NCBI RefSeq assembly: GCF_021869535.1
Contig: NW_026262701.1
Span: 8,432,001-8,496,000, forward strand
Length of the DNA: 64,000 nt
DNA from: Mytilus californianus
Lineage: Eukaryota
Direction of reading: 5' to 3'
Shown here: piece by piece, positions 24,571 to 38,400 of the stretch
Numbering within the stretch: position 1 is the first letter of the stretch
How the letters are laid out: the number at the start of each line of letters is the position of its first letter
Position numbers and translations under genes: made by a program
The notes under the pieces: model-generated
The model's database searches: none
What the model saw: the letters and a program-made list of their open reading frames with translations, nothing else
Told to the model about the DNA's origin: nothing

Positions 24571-26499
24571 GTTAGTCCTTTAAAAATATTAAACAGATCA
24601 AATTATACTAAGGGCCAAACAAAGAACAACCCCTACGTAAAATTCAAACCAGTATATATCATTTGGCAGTTGGTAAATCGTTGTAAGATATTGCAGACTT
24701 CTTATGAGAACATTCCTTTCAGATTATTTTGGCAATTACCAGAGCTTTTCAATTTTGATATCCTTACGTTCACCAATTCCATATTTCTAACTGAAAAAAA
24801 TGAAATTGGAACTTTGGAATGAAATGTTCAACCATATCAAATCCCTCCAACTATGTTTAGCATGCATGATGTTGTTGAAAACTTTCCTTTTGTTTTGTTT
24901 AATTGGATTATATTTAGATAAAATAATGCAATATTTACTGTTGATCCCTAAAGTTTCAGAACTGTCGATTCAAGATCAAACTGTTCAAGTTACATATAGC
25001 CAAATAGAACTCTTACGACACTCATCAATTGTATATTAAAAACATTAAAAACGCAAATTATTTTTACTAAATGCCGTACATCTTATTGTCGCTTTAAAAA
25101 TTGAAATATAATCAAATAAAAAACTTATTTACGTTAAATTAGACCAGACTTCGAGATCTTTGTGTAAAAAACATATTTACTTTGCTTTGTTTTCGACTGC
25201 ATGCTATACCAAAAGAAATGAACAAAAAAGTCTGATCAAAAAGGAACTAAGGAGCCACATTTCATGCACATTTAAAGAAAGTTTCATTAAATTCTGTGTT
25301 ACGGAGGAGAAGCAGATACAATTTACATGGTAGTGTACAGATAGAGCATATGCATGACATGCCAAAGTGTCGGTCTGTTTTCCGTTTATCCGTCTGTCTG
25401 TCGATTTCGTACAAATATCTGTGCCATGACCTGGATACAAGGCAAACTGTAATAAATTAGCCCCAGTAATCAATCGGACACTCCAGGACAAGATAATAGC
25501 TTGTAGTGTATAAAAATGATAATTATGATAATGTTGATGATAATAATAATGATAAAAACTAGAAATTTATCACTTCAACAAAAAGTACCTCTCGACATGC
25601 AGATAACTTCCAAATGCTAAATATCTGAAAGACATACCATTGACTCGACACCTCTTTAAGTTGCCTTATTTTACCATTATGAACGTGTTTTGAAAATTAT
25701 CAAACTTCAAAGCCTCTTTAAGGAAGGAAGTTGATATGTGGAAATAACCTTTCTCATAAAAGGCTAATGCGTGAAACCCTTCGCAAAAAGATCAACCCAT
25801 GAAATCAACATAAAAATGAGAAGATATGGTCTAATTTCCAATGAGACAACTCTCCATTAAAAACAACAAAAAATATGTGACTAATTAATGGCTTTCAACA
25901 ATTAGCAAAACCAATATCGTAAAGTAAGCTATGGGGCCCCGGAATGACAAAATGTTAAACATTTCGATAGAGAAAGATAACGCCCTAACTTACACTTCAC
26001 AATAAACAAACAAAACAATTATGGCAAACAACCAACGACAACCACTTGATTACAGGTTCCTGACAAAACAAGACAAAACAGAAAGGTCATTTTGTGGTGC
26101 ATCTCTTTATTAGGTTTAAAACGTTGAAATTTCTATCATGAATAGTCAAATTGACTCAAATAATAGTACTTGGGATCCAGTATTTGCATTGATAAATGCT
26201 CCCACAACAGGAAATATACAGTAGTCAACATACAGTTTTGTATTTCTCTTTGAAATAAATAAAATTATTCTGTATTGCATTTATTTGTCCTTCTTGTACG
26301 TTACTGGTTATACGAAAAAGCGGGTATGCATAGTTTCTGTTTTCACGTTACATCTCTTCTTTTTCATAAAGATTTTTGCTTTCAATGTCTAGGCTGTAGT
26401 GGCTGATGTCTGTGATGTTTCTTTTGCAATTCGCTATATTGGTTCCCTTGATGACTTGCTCACCAGGTTAACATACAGGATCAGAAAGCAGAATGAATA

Positions 26500-27735
26500 T
26501 AATGAGTTTGATACGTTATGCTCGTGCATGTTCACACTATAAGGACTTCAAATACAGGAGTTTGCTCCTTACGAAGAAACTGCCCAAACAGAGTTATGAG
26601 GAGGAAAGATTAAAAATGACACTCCGTAAATTTTATGGACACCAGATCACGAATTGATTGATTTATACGATGTGTCTGTGTCTAAGCTAACTATATATAA
26701 CGACATTTTTACCACGTCTTAGATTGTGGTTTACCATCTACGTCGTCTGGTCTGCTAAGTACCGAACGTGACCATTTCCCTAATATGACTGTTTTCCCGA
26801 GTGTGAATTCGCATTGCTATTAGACGTGTCTCGGTATTTATACATCCAACATTCATGTATTTTGTTATGATGTTTGGTTTGTAATTTTGGTTGGATATTG
26901 TGTTATGTCTTATCGTTTGTGGTTTGAATTCTCTTTTTTTCATTTTCTATATGTATGTAAAAGTTAAGATAATTAATCAACTAGTTCATTTATATGATTT
27001 TTAGTTTAAAGCTACTATATGATCCTATATGCACAGGATTTATTTGTTTTTACACAATTTTGATTTAAAAAGAAGAATCAAGTTAGTAGAAAAACCGACA
27101 TGGTTAGAAAATACAAATAATTACACCATTACTAACACAATTCTATATTAGTATTCGTGTAATGGTTAGAAAATACATAAAATAACACCATTACAAACTT
27201 AATCCCAATTTTATATTCTACTTTTAGAAATTACCTGTGACGTCACTTTTTGTGGCGTTGATACATTCGTGTGACGCACAACTCATAATTCATTGTGATG
27301 TACATGGGAGGTGTCCGTTGTTATTCTGTGGTTTACATGTTGTAATGTACTTTTATATTTTTTATTTATGTATTTCTCTGTCCTGAGTGTTCTTGTGTTT
27401 ATTTGTACTGTATTCCTGTCACGTAATGTTGTCATGTTAGCGTTATTATTTACATTGCCATATAAGCGAGAGGTTTGGCTAGCCATAAAACCAGGTTTAA
27501 CCAATAATTTTTTTCTTAAAATGTCCTGTACCAAGTCAGGAATATGGCAGTTGTTATCAAATAGTCCGTGTCTATGTATGTTGGCGTTTGTTTTTGTAGC
27601 AGTTCAGTGTTTATGTTGTTCCTTTGTCATTCTCACAGAGTTGATGTGTTTTCCTCGGTTTTGGACTGTGACTCGGATTTGTTTTAGTTAAATCGATTTC
27701 TGACTATTGAACAGCGGTATACTACTATTGCCTTC
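26500..27735 (+). mobile_element. Penelope-like element remnant (same family as 10980-12150), internally deleted
   Basis: TTGATACGTTATGCTCGTGCATGTTCAC...ACCACGTCTTAGATTGTGGTTT closely matches 11315-11530; the tail at 27390-27735 matches 11740-12070. Confidence 0.8.
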
Positions 27736-29183
27736 ATTCATCGGCGTCATTGCGCTCGAGCATGTTTCAATTTGTGTATGTAGTATCTCAAAGGCTATTA
27801 AAATTTAAATAATGTGAACTCTAACATATGAATATGTATGTTATTAACCAGCTAGGGGGTATGAGGTCCTCTGCGATATGCAAACTTGAGGATTTTATTT
27901 CAATGTATTAGTGTATTAGTTTGCATGGCTTGTTGAGAGTCGTATATCACATTAAAGATAATAAGGAATAGGATTATGCGACCTCTTTTTGATGTGTGCT
28001 AACAAAAGGATGTAACTAGAAAAATAAAAGACAGGTCTAAAGAAATTATCCGCTGTGTGATGTAATACGACTTCGGTGTGGAGTGGCTCACAAGACTCTT
28101 TTCTCGTTTTGCATTTTATAGCATGTTATGCCACAATGTGGACTATTCAATCAGTTTGTAATTCAAAAGAAAATAAAATGACACCATTGTGGTAATCAAA
28201 AACCATCAATTGAATGACGAGGTTCGTGTACATGAAAATGTGGTTGGTTCAATCTAGTTTTTTTATATAGATTTTAACCCTCATCTTTTTTATTCTTAAT
28301 CAGTTGAATAACAGAAGGTAGTCCATTAAAGAACATAAACAAACACAGTACAATTAAAATACCATAACGTTATTTAACATAAACAAAACAATATATAACA
28401 ATATCGTATCAAAGGGAATTAGCATTTCTGAAAGCAATCTGAAAATACTTAGCCTGTTCGTAGGAAACCTTGCTGTACTCGACATACTCTAATATCAGTA
28501 GGTGTACTTCGCAGTAGATTCCATGCAGTAAACTCATAAACAGAACAGGCAGATACGACCTTGTGTAATGTCAAGAACAATCACGTACCCTTTTAATGCG
28601 GAAAAACAAACGAATAATTTTAGTCCTTCCTTAAAGTATAGTAGAAGACCGAACAACAGCTGTGTCATTTTAACCTTTATCCATAAATATTAATAGCCAA
28701 ATGGGAAGATTTAAAGGGCCAAGTCCTAAAATTGATGGCGTAAAAAATAACATCACCAGAAACCGCGGATTGAAATACCACTTCTTATTACAAATGTTAA
28801 ATTCCTGCATATGGAATCATCATTGAATTCCATAATTAATTTCTATATTTGTGATAAGATTTATCGGATGTTTTGTATTTTTCATGATATTATTATCTCA
28901 GTTGTAAAACATTTAATTGAGAAAAGTATTCCGTCCATCAAAATGTAAATTCATGGTAATTGAAACACGGTCATATAGAACTAATTGAGAATTGTGCTAT
29001 CCATTAGAAGAGGCCATTTGAATTAAAGGAAATACAGAGGGTATGTACAGAAAGTATGTTAGATGAAGAATTTGGTAGTACTGATACTTGTACTTAATAT
29101 ATGTTGATAAGATAGGTCACGCTTGTTAGTTACTATTTATGAGCTATTAAAGTTCGGAAGTAAACTATATTTCGTCAGGAAAA

Positions 29184-32100
29184 ATGTACAAATTTTGTAT
29201 TATCTTTTATGGTAAGCGTATTTATAAAAAGATGTTGATGCAACTCAGTCCTAACGTCTGTAGTTCCATCAAACTTTTTTATTATTTTTTTCTTTCATTT
29301 TTATGCACGATGATTTTTTAGTATTTTGTTTTCTTATTTTGATATAAACAAGACTGATGTTTAATGTATGTTTTTAATTGCTAAACTGTCTATTCTACTT
29401 ACTAGTACACTTGGTACAGTTATAGTAAAATAATGAATTGCCAAAGACAAAATTTTAATATAACACAATCAAAAACCTGGTAATAAATTGTTCAAATAAG
29501 GCCTTAAAGAAAATAGTGGAGTTAACTACTTTTGGAGTGTCAAAAATTAGTTGGAAGTACTTGATAAATTTTGCTCATATTGGTGATTTCGAATCTGTTC
29601 AAAGTTTTAATTTTTCTACCGACTTTGCCTCATAATCTCATTAAGAAAAAATTAAAAACCGAACTAAATGGGCATTTAAAAGATTCCGTATATCGTCAAG
29701 TTTTCGGAATTCCAATGGGGACTAACTGTGCACCACTTATTGCGGACCTGTTTCTGTATTGTTACGAGTTACAATTTATGACTAAAATCAGCAAAGGCCT
29801 ATCGAAACAACATCTGATACAAAAATTTAATAACACTTTTAGATATTTGGATGATATATTGACTCTCAATGATGACGACTTCAGTACACTAAAGAGATTT
29901 ATCCTGCTGAACTGACTTTAAATAAAGCTAATATCAACGATGAACACTGCCCTTTCCTGGATCTTGACATTTGTATCTTTAACGGGAAGCTTAATACCAA
30001 AATTTACGATAAAAGAGATGATTTTTCAATAACAACGTATTTGATTTTAACGAAAGAAATTTCTGTATTAATGAAAAATTATTACACCAGGGTTTTCGAT
30101 ATCACAAACTCGTCAAAAAATTTACTAAATTTTATCATCGGTACAAGGACATCATTCGTAAATATAAATCAACGAGCAGACATCTTATACGTTCAGGTGT
30201 TTCACATCCATCTTTTATGGTAATTTCTATACAAAGCACAAACATGTCGTCATTCACCTCAAAAGCTAACCAAACCTTTAATCAGACTTATTCAGAAGGG
30301 ATATAGTTACGATACTATTTTCAGGTCATTAAAGATGGCAATTTTTGTTATTAATATTGATTCACCCATAGGGTCTTTGCATCAGAAAAAAACACATTTA
30401 TTCTAAAACCAGTTGTTGGCATGATACAGGTTATGTTCTTCTCGTATATTTTATGATGGTATGATACTAAACCCCTAACAGGAGGGATTGTGCTTGATTT
30501 TCATATGGTGAAGACATAATCTTTCAATCAGTTTAATTGAGGTCTGGAGCTGGCATGTCAGTAACTGCTAGTAGTCATTTGTTAATTTATGTTGATCATT
30601 GTCATTTTACTTAGTTTCTTCTGTTACCAATTCTAACATCGAACTCGGGACTTCTTTTAAACTGATTTTTACTGTGCGTATTGCTGTGTGTTAGTTTATT
30701 CTACATTGGTTAGAGGTATAGGGGGAGGGTTGAGATCTCACAAAACATGTTTAACCCCGCCGCATTTTTGTGCCTGTCCTTAGTCAGGAACCTCTGGCCT
30801 TTGTTAGTCTTGTATGTTTTTTTAATTTTAGTACATTTATGTTTCGGAGTTTAGTGTGACGTCCATTTTCGCTGAACTAGTATGTATACATTTTTGTTTA
30901 GGGGCCAGTTGAAGCCCGCCTCCGGGTGCGGGATTTTCTCGCTGTGTTGAAGACCCAAATGGTGGCCTTGGGCTGTTTTCTGCTCTTTGGTCGGGTTGTT
31001 ATCTCTTTGCAACATTCCCCGTTTCCATTTTCAATTTTATTTTGATATTGTTTACACACAATTATAAAAGATGTTTAAACATTTTTACAAGATTTTTCTG
31101 TTGTGAAACTTTTAGAAATGTTGACTCCGTTTTGCATACAAATAGAAAATTTGATATATAGTATAACACAAAATATCGTAGTGACAATATGTACACAAAG
31201 GCCTGTTAGTATATCTATAAAAAAAATTCTTCAAAGAACTGGAATATTCACATAACCCTTGCTGGGGAACTTTGCACTACTTTGTACAACAATCAAGCAG
31301 ATAAATGAGATATTTTACGTTGTAGTGTTGTTCGGAAGGACAACGGCTTTCTTCAATAATGGTATGCCATGTGACGTCATCAATGGCTTTAATTGTGACA
31401 GGTTCAGTGTAGACACCGATGAAAGAATCTGTGACACAAACGGAATCTTGTATCACAACTTGTGAGTAAATTGTAAAAAGAATAAAGTTCGTACATTTAT
31501 TTAACAGTTAATTATAAAAAGCCAGGCGGGGTTGATGAATGATGTGAAAAGAACAAATAATGGTATGACCGTTTTTGAATGCAACCTGAAGTCATGAACA
31601 CAAATAAAAACTCGAGCATTTTTTTTTTAATATATTTGCATTCATGTGAGAAATAAGTCACATATGGTATGAATTATAAAAAAATATATATCTTTTAAAA
31701 ACAAATATCTGATAAGATCAAAAATATTTTCGACAAACATTGATTTTCATATTTTTCAATTTTCCTAATATAAACTAAATGAAAAAGAACAAAAAATGTC
31801 AACACATATACATATATATATATATATATATCACAATTATATATGCCCCTGCTTGGTTTTTAAAAATAACTGTCCTTAATTGAAACTAGAATCTTTAAAG
31901 AAATATAAAGATGACGAGGGGGTCATTTAAAATTACAATCCGAAGAAGAGACAACACTATAGCAAAGATAAAAGAAAAGACAACGTCCACTAACCCCTAA
32001 ACATACAACTACTGATTTAACAACACGATTCTTTTAAAAACCCATGTATCAGAAGGGAGTTATTAACAACATTTAAAAATTGAAATTATCCACTTTAACA

Positions 32101-34170
32101 TGTTTAACACTAAGAAACCGCAAACTTAGAAACGAAACCTCAGCTTTTTTCTCCATTTTATATTCTGATGGAACAGGATGATTTTGGAAATGAATATTTT
32201 AGTCTGGTAAGAACTGAAAAACATATGTAACCTTGCCCAAAACATGATGAAAGTGAATATTTTGCCCAACAAATTGCAGGAAATGAAATTCTACAAAAGT
32301 AATGAAAATAAATAATTCAACCGACTGGGATCTTTTGAAAATGTTCTATACCGTTTGAGTGATGATACATACTAAATATTACTTTTTTATTTTTATTTCG
32401 GATTCACACTAAAAATAAAAATACTTTGCAGTTTTGTTCGAACACTTTAACATATAAATATAATCTGATAGGCAATTATAATCACTTTAGTTTACTGTAA
32501 TTTTCCCCTTAACTATTATAAGGCCCTCGGTGTCATAAATCACTTTCAAAACATAATATTTTTATACGAAGAATTTCGGTTACATGTTTCATATTTTAGA
32601 ATACACTTTATGTTATAATGTTGTTCTTAACAGCCATTTTCTCTGCTAACTGATGCGTAATACCATTTCTGATCGAAAAATAAAATACTAACAAATATTA
32701 ACTGAGGTAAACGTATGATCAATCCAAATATCTAGTTAACCTTATATTTATCTAGCTGTGCATTCGATCAAGCCGTTTGTAAAGACAGCACAGTAGTGAT
32801 AGACTCTTCATTCTCATGTTTACTGTCGCCAGCAACAGCTACGGTTAAACTACCGACAACCACAACCAAAACGACGACGACGAGTACCACAAAAATGTCT
32901 ACAACAGCACAAATCTTAATAACAGGAACAACGGATTTACCAACAACAACAACAAAGAAAACAACTTTACCGACGACACAGTTTTCTACCATAACTTCAA
33001 ACTTGACATCTGGCAATTTAATGACATCACAAATTCCGAGTAAGACATCGACTAAAAAAATCCAATCAACAACAATGACACATCTTTCAACGACTGTAAA
33101 ACCAAATTCCACGACACCAAAACCCTATTCCACGACACCAAAGCCACAACCAACGACTCCACAACCGAATTCAACGACATCAAAACCCAAACCAACGACT
33201 CCACAACCTAATTCAACGACATCAAAATCCCAACCAACGACTCAACAACCTAATTCAACAATACCAGAACCCCGCTCAACTACAGCACTGCCTTCTGGAT
33301 CATCAACACTCCAGCCTACACGTAGTCAGTTAGAACAAATGTTTTGTGACAATAAAAATATAATTGCATGTCATAATGATCCAAACAAAGTATGTGGTAC
33401 TGATGGCGTTACATATGATAACAAGTGAGTACCACTCATGTTATTTTATATCATTATACTTGAAGTTAAAATGCCTGATTTTGATTGATTAATACGAGGG
33501 AGAGACATTTTATTCTATCCCATGGCTCAGCTTCGCCTCGGTTGTTTTCTCGGGGTAACAATCTGCACTGTCACTCTCTCAGCTATGTGTTATTTGTATA
33601 GTATAAGAATCGTAGCTTTATAAAGTTTGTAAAAATATAACTCATTATCGTAATGATGAAAAACGAGAATTTGATAACGTGCAATAACACAATCATAATT
33701 AATGGTTATGTATGTAAATTAGAACTGCATTTTGTCCGATAATGCAATTATTTTAAAAATTCCACAATATAAAATAAGGAGATGTAGTGTGATTGCCAAT
33801 GAAACAACTATCCACCATAGTTGAAATGACGTAGATGTAAGCAATAATAGGTCATTGTACAACCTTCAACACTGAAAAAAAAACCATACCGTATAGTCAG
33901 CTATAAAAGGCACCGACATTAAAAAATATAAAACAATTCAAACGAGAAAAACTTAACGGCCTGTTTACGACTGTTTTAGGTTCTTTCATTCGCGTGTAAT
34001 CAAACCACGATGTTATTTGTGTCAGCAGTTTGTCATCCCTAGAAGTTTGTAACAATCATTATACCATTTACCCAATTCATATATGCTATTTTTTCAGTTG
34101 TGAGTTTGCCAAAGTACAGTGTGACAATTTCTACCTACAAATAAAAAACGCTGGAGATTGCAGTCCATAG
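29184..34170 (+). CDS. Gene B1: secreted Kazal - Thr/Pro-rich mucin linker - Kazal protein, ~301 aa, 4 coding exons
   Basis: Exons 29184-29211 (MYKFCIIFY), 31326-31461 (VLFGRTTA..CDVINGFNC..ICDTNGILYHN), 32756-33424 (FCAFDQAVC..T/P-rich..FCDNKNIIACHNDPNKVCGTDGVTYDN) and 34098-34170 (NCEFAKVQC..GDCSP*). Intron phases 1/2/2; six-Cys Kazal spacing twice; AATAAA at 34186. Confidence 0.88.
29380..31030 (+). mobile_element. Penelope-like retroelement (same family as 8400-10640) in B1 intron 1
   Basis: ORF 29571-29915 (YRQVFGIPMGTNCAPLIADLFLYCYE...FRYLDDIL) with frameshifts and an internal deletion; full 3' tail to ~31030. Confidence 0.9.
33100..33275 (+). repeat. Coding 21-nt (7-aa) tandem repeat in the B1 mucin linker
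   Basis: KPNSTTP KPYSTTP KPQPTTP QPNSTTS KPKPTTP QPNSTTS KSQPTTQ QPNSTIP EPRSTT. Confidence 0.85.
33500..33580. repeat. Degenerate palindrome in B1 intron 3
   Basis: GAGGGAGAGACA...TATCCC / GGGGTAACAA...TGTCACTCTCTC with tip CTCAGCTTCGCCTCGG (reverse complement CCGAGGCGAAGCTGAG). Confidence 0.55.
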
Positions 34171-35416
34171 ACCATTTTAAAACCCAATAAATATACGTAT
34201 TTCAAGCAATGGTTATTTTGTTAAGAATATTTTTATCATGGTTTTGAAGTGATAAGTTACATAACCAAAAGACATTTAGAGGTCAACACGTGGTCTTCAA
34301 TAACATACGACTGTTCTGAATTCCTTCACCCTATTTGGTTAATTAACAGGCCTAGTCCTTCTTATTGTACACCATTTTTACCTTTGGAAAGTGTAAATAG
34401 CATAAATATGTGTGTATTATCACGCTGTGACACAGTTTATCCATTAACTCGAAATGGAATTTGAAATATGGATTCACAGCTTTTAAGAAATATTTTTATA
34501 TACAAGTTTTTTTAAGTTTTTTCTTGCTCAGAAATTATTAACTTTTTATGAAATCTTTGCCTTGCACAGAAATGTCGTATTTGTTTAATTCGAAATCGTG
34601 TCTTATAATATGGACACTCAGTCTTTTAAATTTTTGAAGACCGTATGTTGTTGAACTCTAAATGTCCATTGTTGTTATTTTGTATTGTTTGGATGGTGTC
34701 TCATTGTCTCTTATCAAATATCTCCTCCTATTCATTTTACAAAATTTCGTCCATTTAGGAACCAGTAATGGTATCTGAACACGGGGACGTATGTTTGATA
34801 GAAGAACTTTGCACGCTGAGAATTTTAAATGCCCATTATAATTATATATATTAATGTCAATTTCAAAATAAACCAAGTATCAACCATTACTTTGCTTTAA
34901 TGTAGGTGGTCGGGTCATAAAATACTTAAATTCTTTTGATTTACAGTTCCTATAAGATCTATTCCAAGTCAACTTCTTTTCATAAATGTAATGTGGCTTT
35001 TAACATAATTTGGAAAAGAAATGAAATGGGTCAGGTTTCGATTAGCTGAATTCCTTAACCATATTTGGTTAATTATCATGCATAGTCCTTCTTACTGTAC
35101 AATATGTTCACTTTCCCTTGTTAGGCATATTACAATATCGTCAACTTATATAACTTAGAAAAGAAATGAAAAGGGGTCAGATTTTTCGTCTATATCTGTT
35201 GTACCACACGACCTTATACACTCCGAATAAATACGATTGCCATGATATGACGGAATAGTTCTACGGATGAAAACATTCCTCGTAGATACAATACAACAAT
35301 AACCAGATTGACTCAGTTCGAAGTCGTCATGATAAGAACATAGATAAGTCACGGATATAGGACATAGGGAACAGTTATAGGTGTGTAAAGGAGAAATAAT
35401 AAAGAACGTCACTAAA

Positions 35417-38400
35417 ATGACTGTGTTAATCAATCTGTGTATTGGTAAGTATAGTATTTTAAATCACTTATCCCCTTTCCAGATTGATTAATATAGTTTA
35501 TTTTGTAAAAGTAGTTCGTCAGATTGTAAAGGTTTTCTGGTATTTCAAAGGATTTTCAACAGCGCTAGAGACCATGGTCTACGCCACATAGGTACTTGGA
35601 GATAGGACAATTTGTTTTACGTTTCCAAAATCCGTCACTAAAAAAAAAATTTTTTAATGAATTTTAGCCTCTCGCGTTTTTTCATGATATACTAAAATAA
35701 CATGTATTTATTTTTTACTATCAATTCCCTAGTTCACTATCCACAGCGGCCACTTATATATAAATATTATCAGTGGCCGCCGTGGCTAGTAAACTTAAAA
35801 TCGATAGTAAATACATAAAATATGTTATTTCTAGTATATATATGTATGTTGATATAATACAGGAAAACGGGAAAATAGTTTGAAAAAAAAAAAAAAAATA
35901 ACGGTTTTTGGAAAAAAAGGGGCTTAAAAAAAATTGTCCTGTCCCAAAGTACATATGGACTCTAAATCTATTGAATAGTAGATGACAGAAACACAAGAAC
36001 AAACAAGTGATAAACAATATTATATATATATTGCCGCATAAAAAAACGTGTATTGATTTAAAGCCAGATCAAAGTACTTAAACTGCCGAACATGTCGTCC
36101 AGCAGCCGATTGTACGAACGTGTCATTAGTCTAATGAGTCATTAAGTCATCATTAGCCTAATGCATCATAAAGGCTTAATGAAGACTTAATGACCAATTA
36201 GGCTAATGCCACTTTCGTACAACCGGGTGCTGCACTCTAATATCGGTTGCTGTGCTATAGATGATGTCGTAAGTAATGTCATAAACAACACAGGAATAAA
36301 ACAATGATACACAACACACAGAACAACAAATCTAATGCATTAAAGTATTGCTTCAAACTTTAAATTATCGAATTGAATCGATTGAATGAACAACAACAGT
36401 CTATCAATAATTCTATTGGGGAAAAGAGAAAGATTTGTTGGACAAAACCTCTATCAATAATCATATTGGGGAAAAGAGAAAGATTTGTTGGACAAAATAT
36501 AAACTTTAATGAATAATGTGTCCGTAAAAACTGGAAGCGAAATACCACTTTTAATCAAATTTATGCTGTTGGAATCAAAAATGCACAATAACAATTAAGT
36601 AAAAGTTTTGCAGAATTTATGATATCTTTATCCGTGCTGCATTTTTTTTTTTAATTCTCTAAATGAAAGATACGCTTGTAATACGAGAAAAATTAAAAAA
36701 TCCTAATTTATATGATGTGACAATACATTTGTGTATTTTAGAGACGAGTTGCAAGTATGATTTTTTTTTTAAGAAATGTATATTGATTTCTAAAGTTCCT
36801 CCTTTGTTTGAAATGCATCCGGTCAAAATCAACGGGTTCAGTTTATATATATTACTAGCAGGTCTGAATTAGCCATTTTCTAATTCAATCCACCATTTTC
36901 TACACAAATAAATGCATGTACCAAGTCAGGAATATGACAGTTGTTTTCCAATCGTTTGATTTGTTTGAGCTTTTGATTTTGCTATTTGATAAAGGACCTT
37001 CAAAAGTGATGATTTTCTAAAAATTAATTGACATTTCACAGTGATATCATACTTTAACTTTGTTTAAACCTGTTTATTTACTTTTGACTTTAATTATTTA
37101 TCCCTTGTAATTTTTTATTAACTGTGTATTTGCATTCAGGTGTCACAGGTCAAATTTATTCGTTCATTGTGTGTTAATTTACGTTTTTTGATTGAGTTAA
37201 GCCTACCAATTGATATTTTATAGTGTGTTTTTCTATGTTGTGATGTTATACTATTGTTTCAGAAAAGGGAGAAGGTTTGGTACCATTAAAACGTTTAATC
37301 CCTCTGCAAATGTTTGCACCTGTCCTAAGTCAGGAATCTGATTACAGTAGTTGTCGTCTGTTTATGTATTTCATACGTGTTTCTCGTTTCTCGTTTTTAT
37401 ATAGATTAGACCGTTGGTTTTTCCGTTTGAATGGTTTTACACTAGTAATTTTTTGGGAGCCCTTTATAGCTTGCTGTTCGGTGTGAGCCAATGCTCCGTG
37501 TTGAAGGCCGTACCTTGACCTATAATGGTTTACTTTTATAAATTGTAACTTGGATGGAGAGTTGTCTCATTGGCACTCATACCACATCTTCCTATATCTA
37601 TTTACGTTTTGAATTATCCTTGGAGTTCGGTATTTTTGTTATTTTACTTTTTTGTTGTATGCCAAAGTCTGTGAAAATGAAAACGTCAAACATTTTGAGC
37701 ACAAGTCTTTTTTCATAGCGGAATCATGATTAATTTTACCGGTCGGAAATATAGTTTTCAACTTGCAAAAGTGTACTTACTAGTGCAATATATAATTTAC
37801 GAAAGTGATGCACAAAACTTAAATAAATGCACAGTTTTACTTACTTCAAAATAACAAGTTTTGATCAAGTTTCCTAGTATCTTGATAAATTTTAAAAATA
37901 TTTAGCAACTCTATATCCCTCGTAGAAAAAACAAACAAATGTTACCTTTCGGTATTACATGGGATACAGTTTATTAAATCATAACGATTCACAATATCAT
38001 ATAGTAAACATTTCGTTATCAAAAGTTCTATTGTATAATAATAAAAGGGATATTGCACGACAAAGGTGAAAATTACCACTTCTCAATATGATAGTGTACT
38101 CTGGACAAATTGCACTAATATCTGTTAACCCTATACACAGGCACTTGTCTCTAAAGAAATAAAATCCTATATACCTCAAAGGTTTAAAGAAAAAAAAAAA
38201 GTGTACGTGACCCTAAATATAAAAAAAACCCACCGTTATGTATTACAGTGATGAGCGTGATCTGTGGAGTATCAGCAACAGTAGGGTTTGAGGATCTTTG
38301 TCGAGAGATAATACTACTTGACTGTAGTCAGCTGACGGTCGATACAGACGAGACAGTATGTGACTCTAATGGAAACTCCTATATAAATTTGTGAGTAGTT

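Noticed and set aside
28420-28600. Possible coding exon in a GC-richer patch upstream of B1
   Set aside because: No convincing open frame with splice sites and no recognisable motif.
32768-33112. Val-rich minus-strand ORF (also 41033-41260)
   Set aside because: These are antisense shadows of the Thr-rich mucin exons.
34740-34830. Possible tRNA-derived SINE head or B-box (GTTCAGATACC on the minus strand)
   Set aside because: No A-box or cloverleaf could be built.
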